A stretch of DNA of 64,000 nucleotides from an uncultured SAR116 cluster alpha proteobacterium (lineage in GTDB: Bacteria; Pseudomonadota; Alphaproteobacteria; Puniceispirillales; Marisalimonadaceae), in assembly GCA_902618195.1 (NCBI GenBank), contig CACMZO010000003.1:1176-65175 (forward strand), read 5' to 3'. The position numbers and the translations under genes were made by a program. Positions 19,360-28,816 of this stretch are shown here, in pieces (the stretch's first letter is position 1; each line of letters starts with the position of its first letter). The notes under the pieces are model-generated. The model made no database searches and had not been told where the DNA came from. It saw only the letters and a list, made by a program, of their open reading frames with translations.

Positions 19360-19391
19360 CTGCACTGCAATATATATATACTGCAATGCAG
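19360..19391. promoter_or_regulatory. Putative PhaR operator: two TGC-rich boxes, CTGCACTGCAA and CTGCAATGCAG, 21 bp apart in the phaP upstream region
   Basis: 19381-19391 reads CTGC-AAT-GCAG, an exact CTGC-N3-GCAG palindrome. 19360-19370 is a near copy. The whole 19357-19394 stretch is an imperfect inverted repeat (tttctgca...tgcagaaa) around an (AT)n core. Confidence 0.55.
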
Positions 19392-19424
19392 AAATGTCAA
19401 GTATATTTTTCTGCAAACGCGAAA

Positions 19425-21194
19425 TTATTTAAATTTCTTTTTTACATAAGACCCTGGAGCATTTTCAATTACCAGAAATTCGTTATTATGATTAAAATTC
19501 ATTTCATCTAAAGAACCACTCTTCTTTCGTATCCAAGATGCCCATTCGCCCCACCAAGACCCTTCATTTTTCTTTGCTTTGTAAAACCATTCATTAATAT
19601 CTTCCATTTTTGTCTCATTGGTCCAATATCCATATTTAACAGAGTTTTCTGGATTTATTATACCTGCTATATGACCACTTCCTGCTAAAATAAATTTTTT
19701 TTCTCCAGTTGTTTTATTCAAACCAAAAAAGGAAGATTTCCATGGAGCAATATGATCAGTATGTGTTGCAACAGCAAAAATTGGTAGTTTAATATCTTCT
19801 AATGATACAATTTCATCAAAAACATTTAATTTTCCTTTTGAAAGCATATTTTTTTGATAAAAATTTTCTAAATATTCTAAAGCCATAACTCCAGGTAAAT
19901 TAGTGGAGTCACTATTCCAGTATAATAGATCAAATGGTGGTGGTTTTTTTCCCATAAGGTATGATTTTATGGCGGGACCATAAACTAGATCATTTGATCT
20001 TAAAAAACTAAAAGTTTTTGCAAGGAAACTTCCTTCCATATAACCATACTTTTCAATTTGTTTATTTATTGATGATAGATATTCATCTGTTACAAATATA
20101 GATAAATCTCCTGGATCTTCAAAATCTGTAAGTGTTGTAAAAAATGTACTTGATTTAATAAATTTAATATTTTTCTTACTTAGATATGCTAATGTTGAAG
20201 CTAGCAATGTGCCTCCAATACAATAACCAATAGTATTAATTTGATCTTGCTTACAATAACGTTTAACAACATCGGAAGCTTTTAACAATCCGTTATCGAT
20301 GTAATCTTCAAATGATACATTCTTATGTTCAGTTCCAGGATTTACCCAAGAAATTACAAACACTGATAAATTTTTCTTTAAACAAAATTGAATGAAACTA
20401 TTTTCACGCTTTAAATCTAAAATATAAAATTTATTAATCCATGGAGGTATAATTAGCAACGGTACCGAATAACATTTTTTTGATAAAGGTTCATAATGAA
20501 TAAGTTGAAATAATTCATTTTGAAATATTACTGATCCTTTTGATTGAGCAATATTTTTCCCAACTTCAAATGCATCATCATCAGTTAAGCTTACGTTTAA
20601 CTCACCATCATTTTTTTCTAAGTCATTGACTAAATTCTCAAGACCATCAACAAGCGACTTACCTTTAGTATCGATTGCTTCTTTAATAGCTTCTGGGTTA
20701 GTTCCTAAGAAATTAGTTGGAGAAAAAAAATCTACCATTTGTTTAGTAAAAAAACTTATTTGTTTCTTATCGGGTTTTGATAGACCCTCTATACTATTGA
20801 CAGTTTCTTCAATAATATTAGACGAGGTGATGTATTGATTTTTAATCATTTTGAAATACGGGTTATTCTCCCAAGTGCTTTCTTTGAATCTTCTGTCTGA
20901 CACATCAGCTTTATTTTCTGTTTGATTTAAAAAATCTTTTTGAGCATCTGACCATATTTGAAGAGTAGATTTGTAAAATTTAACTTGATTTTCTATTAAT
21001 CTTGATGGGTTTGAAAGCATCTCAGAAAAATATTTAGACGCTGCTTTATAATATAATTCTTGGTTTGGTTTTGCATAATCTGAATCATTATTTTTATTAG
21101 CTAGTGATAAAACAAGTCTTTTAGTCAACAAATCAATCCTATTTAGATTTTCTTGTAATTCATCAAATTCACTTGTTTTATTATTATTATTCAT
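19425..21194 (-). CDS. phaC: Class I poly(3-hydroxyalkanoate) synthase
   Basis: 589 aa. Lipase-box-like 'IGYCIGGTL' (G-x-C-x-G-G), 'PLLIIPPWINKFYILDL' and 'SGHIAGIINP'. Confidence 0.9.
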   Translation of the reverse strand: MNNNNKTSEFDELQENLNRIDLLTKRLVLSLANKNNDSDYAKPNQELYYKAASKYFSEMLSNPSRLIENQVKFYKSTLQIWSDAQKDFLNQTENKADVSDRRFKESTWENNPYFKMIKNQYITSSNIIEETVNSIEGLSKPDKKQISFFTKQMVDFFSPTNFLGTNPEAIKEAIDTKGKSLVDGLENLVNDLEKNDGELNVSLTDDDAFEVGKNIAQSKGSVIFQNELFQLIHYEPLSKKCYSVPLLIIPPWINKFYILDLKRENSFIQFCLKKNLSVFVISWVNPGTEHKNVSFEDYIDNGLLKASDVVKRYCKQDQINTIGYCIGGTLLASTLAYLSKKNIKFIKSSTFFTTLTDFEDPGDLSIFVTDEYLSSINKQIEKYGYMEGSFLAKTFSFLRSNDLVYGPAIKSYLMGKKPPPFDLLYWNSDSTNLPGVMALEYLENFYQKNMLSKGKLNVFDEIVSLEDIKLPIFAVATHTDHIAPWKSSFFGLNKTTGEKKFILAGSGHIAGIINPENSVKYGYWTNETKMEDINEWFYKAKKNEGSWWGEWASWIRKKSGSLDEMNFNHNNEFLVIENAPGSYVKKKFK

Positions 21195-21239
21195 TTTTTG
21201 TTTCCCGATTAGTAAATTATATAATAGAATTTTAGTTAA

Positions 21240-22475
21240 TTGCTAGGAATGTATATGCAAATATCAACTTATGATTTTTTTGAAACTTCAAGACAATATA
21301 ATGAATGGATTAGTTCTTCTCTGAAAACTTTTTGGGGAAACCCTATTTTTGGTCTTAATCCTAGTCCAATTCCTCAAGTAATGTTTACTTATGGAAAATT
21401 GACTGAGCATTATCTGTTAAGAGTAACTTCAAAACCAGATTGGGGAATAAATTCTTTTGTAGCTAATGGAAATGAATATAGCGTCTCAAAAAAAGTAATC
21501 TTAAAAAAACCTTTTTGTGAGTTGATTAAATTTGAAACTAATAGAAAAAAAGCAAATATTAAAAAAGTTCTCATTATTGCTCCCATGTCAGGACATTACG
21601 CAACTCTGACAAGAAACACAGTTTTATCTTTATTACCAAATTGTGAAGTTTTTGTGACAGATTGGTTGAATGCACGAGACGTATCTCTATCGAAAGGTAA
21701 ATTTGATATTGAAGACTTCACTAAATATTTAATTGAATTTTATAAGTTTCTTTCGCCAGATTTAAATGTAATGGCAATATGTCAACCTGCACCATTAGCT
21801 CTAGCGGCTTTATCATTTATTTCTAAAAATTATTATAAAAAGAAACCAAGTACTTTAACATTAATTGGAGGCCCAATTGATCCAGAAGCAAACCCTACAT
21901 CTGTAACTGACTTTGGAAACAAACTGAGCCTAGATTATTTAAAAAACACCATGACAATGCCAGTTGGTGTAAATTACAAAGGAGTAGGTAGATCTGTATA
22001 TCCTGGGATAATTCAATTATCGTCCTTCATATCAATGAACTTTAAAACGCATCTTAACTCTTTTTTTGATCAAGTTTTTAGAGAAATTGAAGGTATTGCC
22101 TCTGAAAATGATCGTCATAATAAATTTTACAATGAATATTTAGCCGTGATGGACATGACTGCAGAATTTTATCTTACAACAGTAAATAGAATTTTTAAAA
22201 AAAGAGAAATTGCAAAAAATATATTTTCTTTGGAAAATGAAGCTTTAGATCTAAATGATATCAAAGATATCCCGATTTTTATAATCGAAGGTAAAAACGA
22301 TGATATTTCAGCCCCTGGTCAATGTCTTGCAGCTTTAGAGATCTTAAAAAAGATTCCTGATAACCTTAAATTTAGTTATTTACATGAAAATGCTGGACAT
22401 TATGGAATTTTTAGTGGAAAGGCTTGGAGAGAAGATATCCGTCCCGAGTTCATAAATTTCATTAATAAATTTTAG
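21240..22475 (+). CDS. phaZ: Intracellular PHB/PHA depolymerase (PhaZ, PHB_depo_C family)
   Basis: 'IAPMSGHYATLTRNTVLSLLPNCEVFVTDWLNARDV' matches the conserved PhaZ core. The true start is probably ATG 21249 or 21255; the track uses TTG 21240. Confidence 0.8.
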   Translation: MLGMYMQISTYDFFETSRQYNEWISSSLKTFWGNPIFGLNPSPIPQVMFTYGKLTEHYLLRVTSKPDWGINSFVANGNEYSVSKKVILKKPFCELIKFETNRKKANIKKVLIIAPMSGHYATLTRNTVLSLLPNCEVFVTDWLNARDVSLSKGKFDIEDFTKYLIEFYKFLSPDLNVMAICQPAPLALAALSFISKNYYKKKPSTLTLIGGPIDPEANPTSVTDFGNKLSLDYLKNTMTMPVGVNYKGVGRSVYPGIIQLSSFISMNFKTHLNSFFDQVFREIEGIASENDRHNKFYNEYLAVMDMTAEFYLTTVNRIFKKREIAKNIFSLENEALDLNDIKDIPIFIIEGKNDDISAPGQCLAALEILKKIPDNLKFSYLHENAGHYGIFSGKAWREDIRPEFINFINKF

Positions 22476-22604
22476 TTTATTATTGATTATTTTTTGATCA
22501 ATTATCCAAATATTCATCATTTTTAAATTAGAAATAATCTTTTTTTAAATTAACTGTTGATAAATAATTCTTTAAAACCTATTTACACATAAATAGGAGA
22601 TCAA

Positions 22605-23387
22605 ATGGACGATATTAAACTTTCTAATTTTAATTCAAAAAGTAAAGACGAGGTTGTTTTTACAGAAGACAGGATAGCACTTGTATCTGGTGGAACAAGA
22701 GGTATTGGTAGAGGTATTTGTGAAATTTTAAAAAGAGCTGGTGCTACAGTTATTGCTGGATACGCTTCAGATGATGAGCAAGCAAAAAAATTTACAAGAG
22801 AAACCAATATTAAATCAATTAAATGGGATGTTTCTAATTTTCAGGAATGCAACAATGTTGTTAAAGAAATTATTTCAGAGTACGGAACACTATCAATACT
22901 AGTCAATAACGCTGGCATAACCAGAGATAGTACAATCAAAAAAATGTCAATTGATCAGTGGCAAGACGTTATAAACGTTAATCTCAATTCTGTTTTTAAT
23001 ATGACTAAAGTTTGTTGGGATGAAATGACATCTAAACATTTTGGTAGAATAATCAATATTTCTTCTGTTAATGGACAGGCAGGCCAATACGGACAGGTGA
23101 ATTACTGCGCTGCTAAAGCAGGTATAATTGGAATGACAAAAGCAATAGCTCAAGAAGGTGCTCGCTATAATATTACAGCTAATACCGTTGCTCCAGGTTA
23201 TGTTGACACAGAAATGGTTGCAGCAGTTCCACAAAATGTTTTAGATAAAATAATTAGTACAATTCCTGTTGGGAGATTAGGTCATCCACAAGAAATTGCT
23301 AGAGCAGTTGCTTTTTTGGCAAGAGAAGATTCTCAATTTGTTACTGGATCTACCATCTCTATAAATGGTGGACACCATATGTATTAG
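22605..23387 (+). CDS. phaB: Acetoacetyl-CoA reductase-type SDR
   Basis: 'RIALVSGGTRGIGRGI', 'NNAGITRD', 'NISSVNGQAGQYGQVNYCAAKAG' and 'TISINGGHHM'. Located in the pha locus. Confidence 0.75.
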   Translation: MDDIKLSNFNSKSKDEVVFTEDRIALVSGGTRGIGRGICEILKRAGATVIAGYASDDEQAKKFTRETNIKSIKWDVSNFQECNNVVKEIISEYGTLSILVNNAGITRDSTIKKMSIDQWQDVINVNLNSVFNMTKVCWDEMTSKHFGRIINISSVNGQAGQYGQVNYCAAKAGIIGMTKAIAQEGARYNITANTVAPGYVDTEMVAAVPQNVLDKIISTIPVGRLGHPQEIARAVAFLAREDSQFVTGSTISINGGHHMY

Positions 23388-23428
23388 AATAGTTTATAAT
23401 AATTATTAGATTTGAATATTGGGTCAAA

Positions 23429-24019
23429 TCAAAATTCACTAAGACCTGCCAACAATATCACTATAAACAAGCAAAAAGCCATACTCTTATTAACTGCTGA
23501 TTGTCTTCCTTTACTTAAGCCCCATTGTCTTAGCTTTACGCCAAGCCATAACCAAATAAAATGAACTGGAACCCAGACAAAATTTATTATTAACGTTTTT
23601 ATTAAAATTTCTTGCTGCAAATTAAAACCTTCCAATGGAAACCCAGTAAATAAAATACCATTTACCAAATAAGCTTTTGGATTGATTACCTGTAAGAATA
23701 TTGCCTCAAAGAAGGTAGGTTTTTTTTTTGATTGTTTAAATTTTATTTCGTTTCCTGCAGTGGCTATCCTCCAAGCTATCCAAGTCAAATATGATAAAGA
23801 TATTATTAAAAACACAGGTTCAACCCATGGGATTTCAAATAAGAAACCTTTAAAACCTGTTACGACAAGAACTAAAACTGTATTTGTTCCAATAAATAAC
23901 CCAGCTAAATATAATGTACCGGTTTTCCATCCAAAACCTGATCCTGTTGCTGCTAAAGACAAAACCCCAGGCCCAGGCGTTATTATCATTAAAAAGATTG
24001 CAATTGTAAAAGCTAACAT
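23429..24019 (-). CDS. LysE/RhtB family amino-acid exporter
   Basis: 196 aa, 6 TM. N-terminal 'MIITPGPGVL' is typical of the LysE family. Confidence 0.75.
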   Translation of the reverse strand: MLAFTIAIFLMIITPGPGVLSLAATGSGFGWKTGTLYLAGLFIGTNTVLVLVVTGFKGFLFEIPWVEPVFLIISLSYLTWIAWRIATAGNEIKFKQSKKKPTFFEAIFLQVINPKAYLVNGILFTGFPLEGFNLQQEILIKTLIINFVWVPVHFIWLWLGVKLRQWGLSKGRQSAVNKSMAFCLFIVILLAGLSEF

Positions 24020-24033
24020 TTTTTTTGATTATT

Positions 24034-25446
24034 TTAGATAAACAGTTTTCCAGGATTCATAATCAAATTTGGATCAAAAGATTTTTTAATTGCCTCCATG
24101 ACATCAACTGAATTACCTAATTCATTATACATATATTTTCTTTTACCTTGCCCAATTCCATGTTCTCCTGTACAAGTTCCATCCATTTTAATGGCTCTAT
24201 CAGATAACCTGTCTAAGAAAGGTCCTAATTTAGAAACTTCATTTTCGTTATTTGTATCTAGCATTACAGCAACATGAAAATTTCCATCACCAGCATGACT
24301 TGCTATGGGACCAATTAAATCATTATCATTTAAGTCTTTTACTGTTTCAACAATGCATTCTGATAGTCTAGATATTGGTACACAAACATCAGTAGAATAC
24401 ATTTCTTTACCAGGCATATAAGATCTTGCAGCCCAATATGCATCATGTCTAGCTTTCCATAATTTATTTCTTTCCTCATTATTTGAAGTCCATTCATAAT
24501 TATTGCCTCCAAACTCAAGTGCAATTTCACCAAAAAGCTCTGACTGTTCATCAACAGATTTTTTGCTTCCATGAAATTCCAAAAGTAGCAATGGTTCTTC
24601 TGGCAAACTTAATTTTGAATACAAATTACAAGCTTTAACCTGTATCGCATCTAAAAGTTCAATTCTTGCTACAGGAATACCAGATTGAATTGTAGTTATA
24701 ACTGTATCTGCTGCATCTTTTATAGATGTAAATGATACCCGGCCGCCAGCTATAACTTCTGGTATGCCATAAAGCTTTAATGTAATTTCTGTAATTATGC
24801 CCAAAGTTCCTTCAGAACCAACTAAAAGTCTAGTTAAATCATAACCAGCAGAACTTTTTTTTGCTTTATTTGAAGTTTTAATTATTTCTCCATTTGGCAT
24901 TACTGCCTCTATCGAAACAACATTATCCTTCATTGTTCCATATCTAACCGCATTTGTTCCAGATGCTCTCGTTGAAGACATGCCTCCAATTGATGCATTT
25001 GCACCAGGATCAATTGGAAAAAATAGACCCGTATCTCTGAGATGAGTATTAAGTTGTTCCCTTGTAACTCCTGGTTGAACCGTAACCAATAAATCATCCT
25101 GATATACATTAAGTATTTCATTCATATTATTCAAATCAATAGATAAACCACCAAATGGAGCATTAACATGCCCTTCAAAAGAGGACCCGACACCAAAAGG
25201 AATAATAGGACATCTGAAATCATTACAAATTTTTACTGCATCTGATACGTCATTTTTATTTGATGCAAATAAAACTCCATCTGGTAATTCAGATTCGTGA
25301 ATAGTCATTGTATGTGAATGTTGTTCTCTAATACTTTTAGAGTCGGAAAATTGCTGGCCAAATTTATCTTTTATTATAGAAATACATTCTTGAATATTTT
25401 TTTTATTATATGTTTTTCCTAACCATTGGCTTTCATTATCTGACAT
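24034..25446 (-). CDS. FAD-linked oxidase (D-lactate dehydrogenase (cytochrome) / GlcD-like), copy 1
   Basis: 470 aa. FAD_binding_4 motifs 'IIPFGVGSSFEGH' and 'VGSEGTLGIITE'. C-terminal 'GTCTGEHGIGQGK' and 'MNPGK'. Confidence 0.85.
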   Translation of the reverse strand: MSDNESQWLGKTYNKKNIQECISIIKDKFGQQFSDSKSIREQHSHTMTIHESELPDGVLFASNKNDVSDAVKICNDFRCPIIPFGVGSSFEGHVNAPFGGLSIDLNNMNEILNVYQDDLLVTVQPGVTREQLNTHLRDTGLFFPIDPGANASIGGMSSTRASGTNAVRYGTMKDNVVSIEAVMPNGEIIKTSNKAKKSSAGYDLTRLLVGSEGTLGIITEITLKLYGIPEVIAGGRVSFTSIKDAADTVITTIQSGIPVARIELLDAIQVKACNLYSKLSLPEEPLLLLEFHGSKKSVDEQSELFGEIALEFGGNNYEWTSNNEERNKLWKARHDAYWAARSYMPGKEMYSTDVCVPISRLSECIVETVKDLNDNDLIGPIASHAGDGNFHVAVMLDTNNENEVSKLGPFLDRLSDRAIKMDGTCTGEHGIGQGKRKYMYNELGNSVDVMEAIKKSFDPNLIMNPGKLFI

Positions 25447-25454
25447 AATAAGCC

Positions 25455-26867
25455 TTAAAATATTTTTCCTGGATTCATAATATTAAATGGGTCTAAAACT
25501 TTTTTAATATTTTTCATAAAATCAACTGAACTACCTAATTCTTCTACTAGATACTGTTTTTTTCCTTGTCCTATTCCATGTTCACCGGTGCATGTTCCAT
25601 CAAGTAAGATTGCTCTTTTTGACAAATCGTCAAGAAATTTATTTAAGTTATTAATTTCAATGTCATTTTTAGGATCTACCATTAATTGAACATGAAAATT
25701 CCCGTCCCCAACATGTCCAACAATATGACCAAATAAATCATATTTTGTTAAATCGTTTTGTGTTTTTTCAATGCATTCTGACAACTTTGAAATTGGCACA
25801 CAAACATCTGTTGCAATATATTCATGATCAGGCTTACAAGATTTGGTCGCATAATAGGCGTCATGTCTTGCTTTCCAAAGTTTATTTCTTTCTTCATTAT
25901 TGGAAGTTGATTCAAAATTGTTACCTCCAAAATCTGCTACAATTTCTGAAAATAACTCAGATTGCTCCTTTACAGACGATTCACTTCCGTGAAATTCAAG
26001 AAGTAATAGTGGTTCTTCTGGCAAATTTAGTTTAGAGTAGTTATTACAAGCCTTCACCTGTTCTTGATCTAATAATTCAATTCTTGCGACAGGAATACCA
26101 GCCTGAATTACCATAATTACTGCTTCAGTAGCGTCCTTTATTGAAGGAAAAGTTACTCTACCTCCTGCTATAACTTCAGGAATACCATATAATTTAATTG
26201 TAATTTCTGTAATAATACCAAGGGTGCCCTCAGATCCAACAATTAGTCTTGTTAAATCATAACCAGCTGAACTTTTTTTTGCTCTATTGGATGTTTTAAC
26301 TGTTTCACCATTTGGCATTACACATTTTAAAGAAATAACATTATCTTTCATTGTTCCATATCGTACTGCATTAGTGCCAGAAGCATTTGTGCTTGCCATA
26401 CCACCTAGAGATGCATTTGCACCTGGATCAATTGGGAAAAAAAGTCCTGTATCTCTTAGGTACACATTCAACTGCTCTCTTGTAACACCTGGTTGCACTA
26501 CTGCATAACCATCTTCGGGGGATACATGTAAAATTTTATTCATGTTATTAAGATCAATTGATATGCCTCCATATAAAGCATTAACATGCCCTTCTAGCGA
26601 CGATCCAACTCCAAAAGGAATTATAGGACATTTGTATTTTTGACAAATTTCAACTGTTTTTTTTACATCTATTTCGTTTTCTGCAAAAACAACTCCGTCA
26701 GGTAACTTTGAGGTATGTATTGTAGTCGTGTCAGTGTGTTGTTCCCTTACACTTTTAGATATAGAAAATTGCTGGCCAAATTCTTTTATCAATTCTATAA
26801 CAGCATCTTTTTTATTAAAATCAAAATTTAAATCAGATACTTCAAGTTCTTTTTCTAATACACTCAC
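25455..26867 (-). CDS. FAD-linked oxidase (D-lactate dehydrogenase (cytochrome) / GlcD-like), copy 2 (tandem paralogue)
   Basis: 470 aa, collinear with copy 1 over the full length. It carries the same motifs. Confidence 0.85.
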   Translation of the reverse strand: MSVLEKELEVSDLNFDFNKKDAVIELIKEFGQQFSISKSVREQHTDTTTIHTSKLPDGVVFAENEIDVKKTVEICQKYKCPIIPFGVGSSLEGHVNALYGGISIDLNNMNKILHVSPEDGYAVVQPGVTREQLNVYLRDTGLFFPIDPGANASLGGMASTNASGTNAVRYGTMKDNVISLKCVMPNGETVKTSNRAKKSSAGYDLTRLIVGSEGTLGIITEITIKLYGIPEVIAGGRVTFPSIKDATEAVIMVIQAGIPVARIELLDQEQVKACNNYSKLNLPEEPLLLLEFHGSESSVKEQSELFSEIVADFGGNNFESTSNNEERNKLWKARHDAYYATKSCKPDHEYIATDVCVPISKLSECIEKTQNDLTKYDLFGHIVGHVGDGNFHVQLMVDPKNDIEINNLNKFLDDLSKRAILLDGTCTGEHGIGQGKKQYLVEELGSSVDFMKNIKKVLDPFNIMNPGKIF

Positions 26868-26929
26868 TTTTGATCCCTATTAAAATTAATGTACTTATGA
26901 TATTACTACATTAAATATAATAATTTTAA

Positions 26930-27862
26930 ATGAAAAAAAATATTAAAAATTCAATTTTTGCTGGTGAATGCATGATCGAAGTCAGTGGTAATACTGATAA
27001 TTTAGATAAAAAGCAAATTAAAATGAATTTAAATTTTGGCGGTGATACGTTTAATGCAGCTGTATATTTTTCTAGATTGACAAATAAACTATTTAACACT
27101 TTTTATTTTACTGGGTTGGGTAAAGATCATTTATCTGAAATGATGATAAAAAGATTTAAATATGAAAATTTAAAAACTGACCTTATACAAAGAATTAAGG
27201 GAAAGTATCCTGGACTTTATTCTATTCAAACAGATAAAAAAGGGAATAGAAGTTTTTCATATTGGAGAAATGAATCAGCCGCAAAAGAAATGATAAAAAA
27301 TTGTAATTTAGATAATTTAGAAAAATTCATTGGTAATACTGAATTATTTTATTACACAGGCATTTCTCTTGGGATTTTAAAGCCTAAGGATCAAAATAAA
27401 TTAATTGAATTATCAAAAAAATCTAAACTTACAGCTTTTGATTTTAATTATCGTAATAGTTTCCATGGTAACAAAATTAAATCTCAAAGTTTATTTAAAA
27501 AAAGTAATCTTTTTTCTAAAATAAATTTCATATCATTTGATGATATAATTGAAATATTTGGAAAGTCTGATCCATTTCAATTTTTAAATACTTTTAAAAG
27601 AAAAGATAACATAATTATTTTAAAGCATTTTGAAAAAATATTTTATTCTGAATTCAATAAAATTGGTTCAATAAATATACCAATTATTAAAGCAATTGAT
27701 ACAACTGCTGCAGGAGATTCTTTTAATGGCTCTTTTTTGGCATATCATCTAAAAAATAAACATTTATCAATTGAAGAAAAAATTTTAAGCTCTCATGTCA
27801 TAACAAAAAATGTACTCAAATATAGAGGCGCAATCATTCCAAAGACAAAAATTAAAATATAA
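26930..27862 (+). CDS. kdgK: PfkB-family sugar kinase, 2-dehydro-3-deoxygluconokinase-like
   Basis: 'FAGECMIEVSG' N-terminus and 'DTTAAGDSFNGSFLA' (PfkB signature 2). Confidence 0.6.
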   Translation: MKKNIKNSIFAGECMIEVSGNTDNLDKKQIKMNLNFGGDTFNAAVYFSRLTNKLFNTFYFTGLGKDHLSEMMIKRFKYENLKTDLIQRIKGKYPGLYSIQTDKKGNRSFSYWRNESAAKEMIKNCNLDNLEKFIGNTELFYYTGISLGILKPKDQNKLIELSKKSKLTAFDFNYRNSFHGNKIKSQSLFKKSNLFSKINFISFDDIIEIFGKSDPFQFLNTFKRKDNIIILKHFEKIFYSEFNKIGSINIPIIKAIDTTAAGDSFNGSFLAYHLKNKHLSIEEKILSSHVITKNVLKYRGAIIPKTKIKI

Positions 27863-27874
27863 TCAGAGGTATAA

Positions 27875-28816
27875 ATGAAAATTGAAAAAAATGTATTAAT
27901 CATGTCATCATTTCCAAATAAAATTACTAAACTTTTTGATGAAACGTTTAATACGTTTAAATCATATGAACAGGAAAATGTAGAAAAATTCATTGAAAGC
28001 TTAAGTGATAAAATTGAAGCCATAGCAGTTATGGGAGGAACTACTGTTTCAAGCGAACTCATAAAAAAACTACCTAAATTAAAAATAATTGCGAATTATG
28101 GTGTGGGTTACGATGCTGTTGATGTCAAACAAGCAACTTTATCTAACGTTAAAGTAACAAATACCCCTGATGTACTAAATGACGAAGTTGCAGATACAGC
28201 AATTGCCTTAACATTATGTGTATATAAAAACATTGCTTTAGCAAATCAATTTTTATTAGAGAAAAAATGGCTTAAATCTGAATACCCATTATCAAAAAAG
28301 TTTTCAGGAACTAAGTTTGGAATCTTAGGCATGGGAAGAATTGGAAAAACAATTGCAAAAAGAATTGAATCTTTTAATTGTGAAATTTGTTACCACTCAA
28401 GAAATCAAAAAGATGTTAAATACAAATATTTTTCAAAATTGGAAGATTTAGCTGAATACGTTGATACATTATGTGTAATTACTCCAGGAGGTGAAGAAAC
28501 AAAGCATTTAGTTAATGCCAATGTTCTTAAAAAACTTGGTAAAAATGGATTTTTAATTAACATTGCAAGAGGTACAGTTATTGATCAAAAGGCACTTATT
28601 TATGCTCTGCAAAATAATATCATTCGTGGTGCTGGTTTAGATGTTTTTGAAAACGAACCAAATGTACCTGACGATTTAATTAATTTAAATAATGTTATTC
28701 TAACTCCTCACATTGGATCAGCAACTGTTGAAACTAGATACGATATGGGGAAACTTGTTTATGATAACATTGTACAAATGTTGACAACAAATACCACACT
28801 CAGTCCAGTCAATTAA
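27875..28816 (+). CDS. D-isomer-specific 2-hydroxyacid dehydrogenase (glyoxylate/hydroxypyruvate reductase-like)
   Basis: '[16 protein letters not shown]', '[15 protein letters not shown]', '[10 protein letters not shown]' and 'LTPHIGSAT'. Confidence 0.85.
   Translation: MKIEKNVLIMSSFPNKITKLFDETFNTFKSYEQENVEKFIESLSDKIEAIAVMGGTTVSSELIKKLPKLKIIANYGVGYDAVDVKQATLSNVKVTNTPDVLNDEVADTAIALTLCVYKNIALANQFLLEKKWLKSEYPLSKKFSGTKFGILGMGRIGKTIAKRIESFNCEICYHSRNQKDVKYKYFSKLEDLAEYVDTLCVITPGGEETKHLVNANVLKKLGKNGFLINIARGTVIDQKALIYALQNNIIRGAGLDVFENEPNVPDDLINLNNVILTPHIGSATVETRYDMGKLVYDNIVQMLTTNTTLSPVN

Noticed and set aside
19342-19416. Upstream extension of the phasin ORF (track start 19416)
   Set aside because: The extension would run through the putative PhaR operator. 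The internal ATG at 19341 has a GGAG SD and gives a typical phasin N-terminus.
22476-22604. 129-nt phaZ-phaB spacer inspected for a PhaR box or a riboswitch-like structure
   Set aside because: It has no CTGC-N3-GCAG-like motif and no GC-supported helices. It contains only AT-rich sequence with the SD AGGAGA before phaB.
22601-23234. Minus-strand ORFs 22601-22807 and 22947-23234 inside phaB
   Set aside because: They are antisense shadows of a gene with a full SDR motif set.
24339-26508. Short ORFs nested in the two FAD-oxidase genes (24339-24572, 24930-25121, 25745-26035, 25748-25930, 26287-26508)
   Set aside because: They are alternative-frame or antisense ORFs within strongly supported 470-aa genes.
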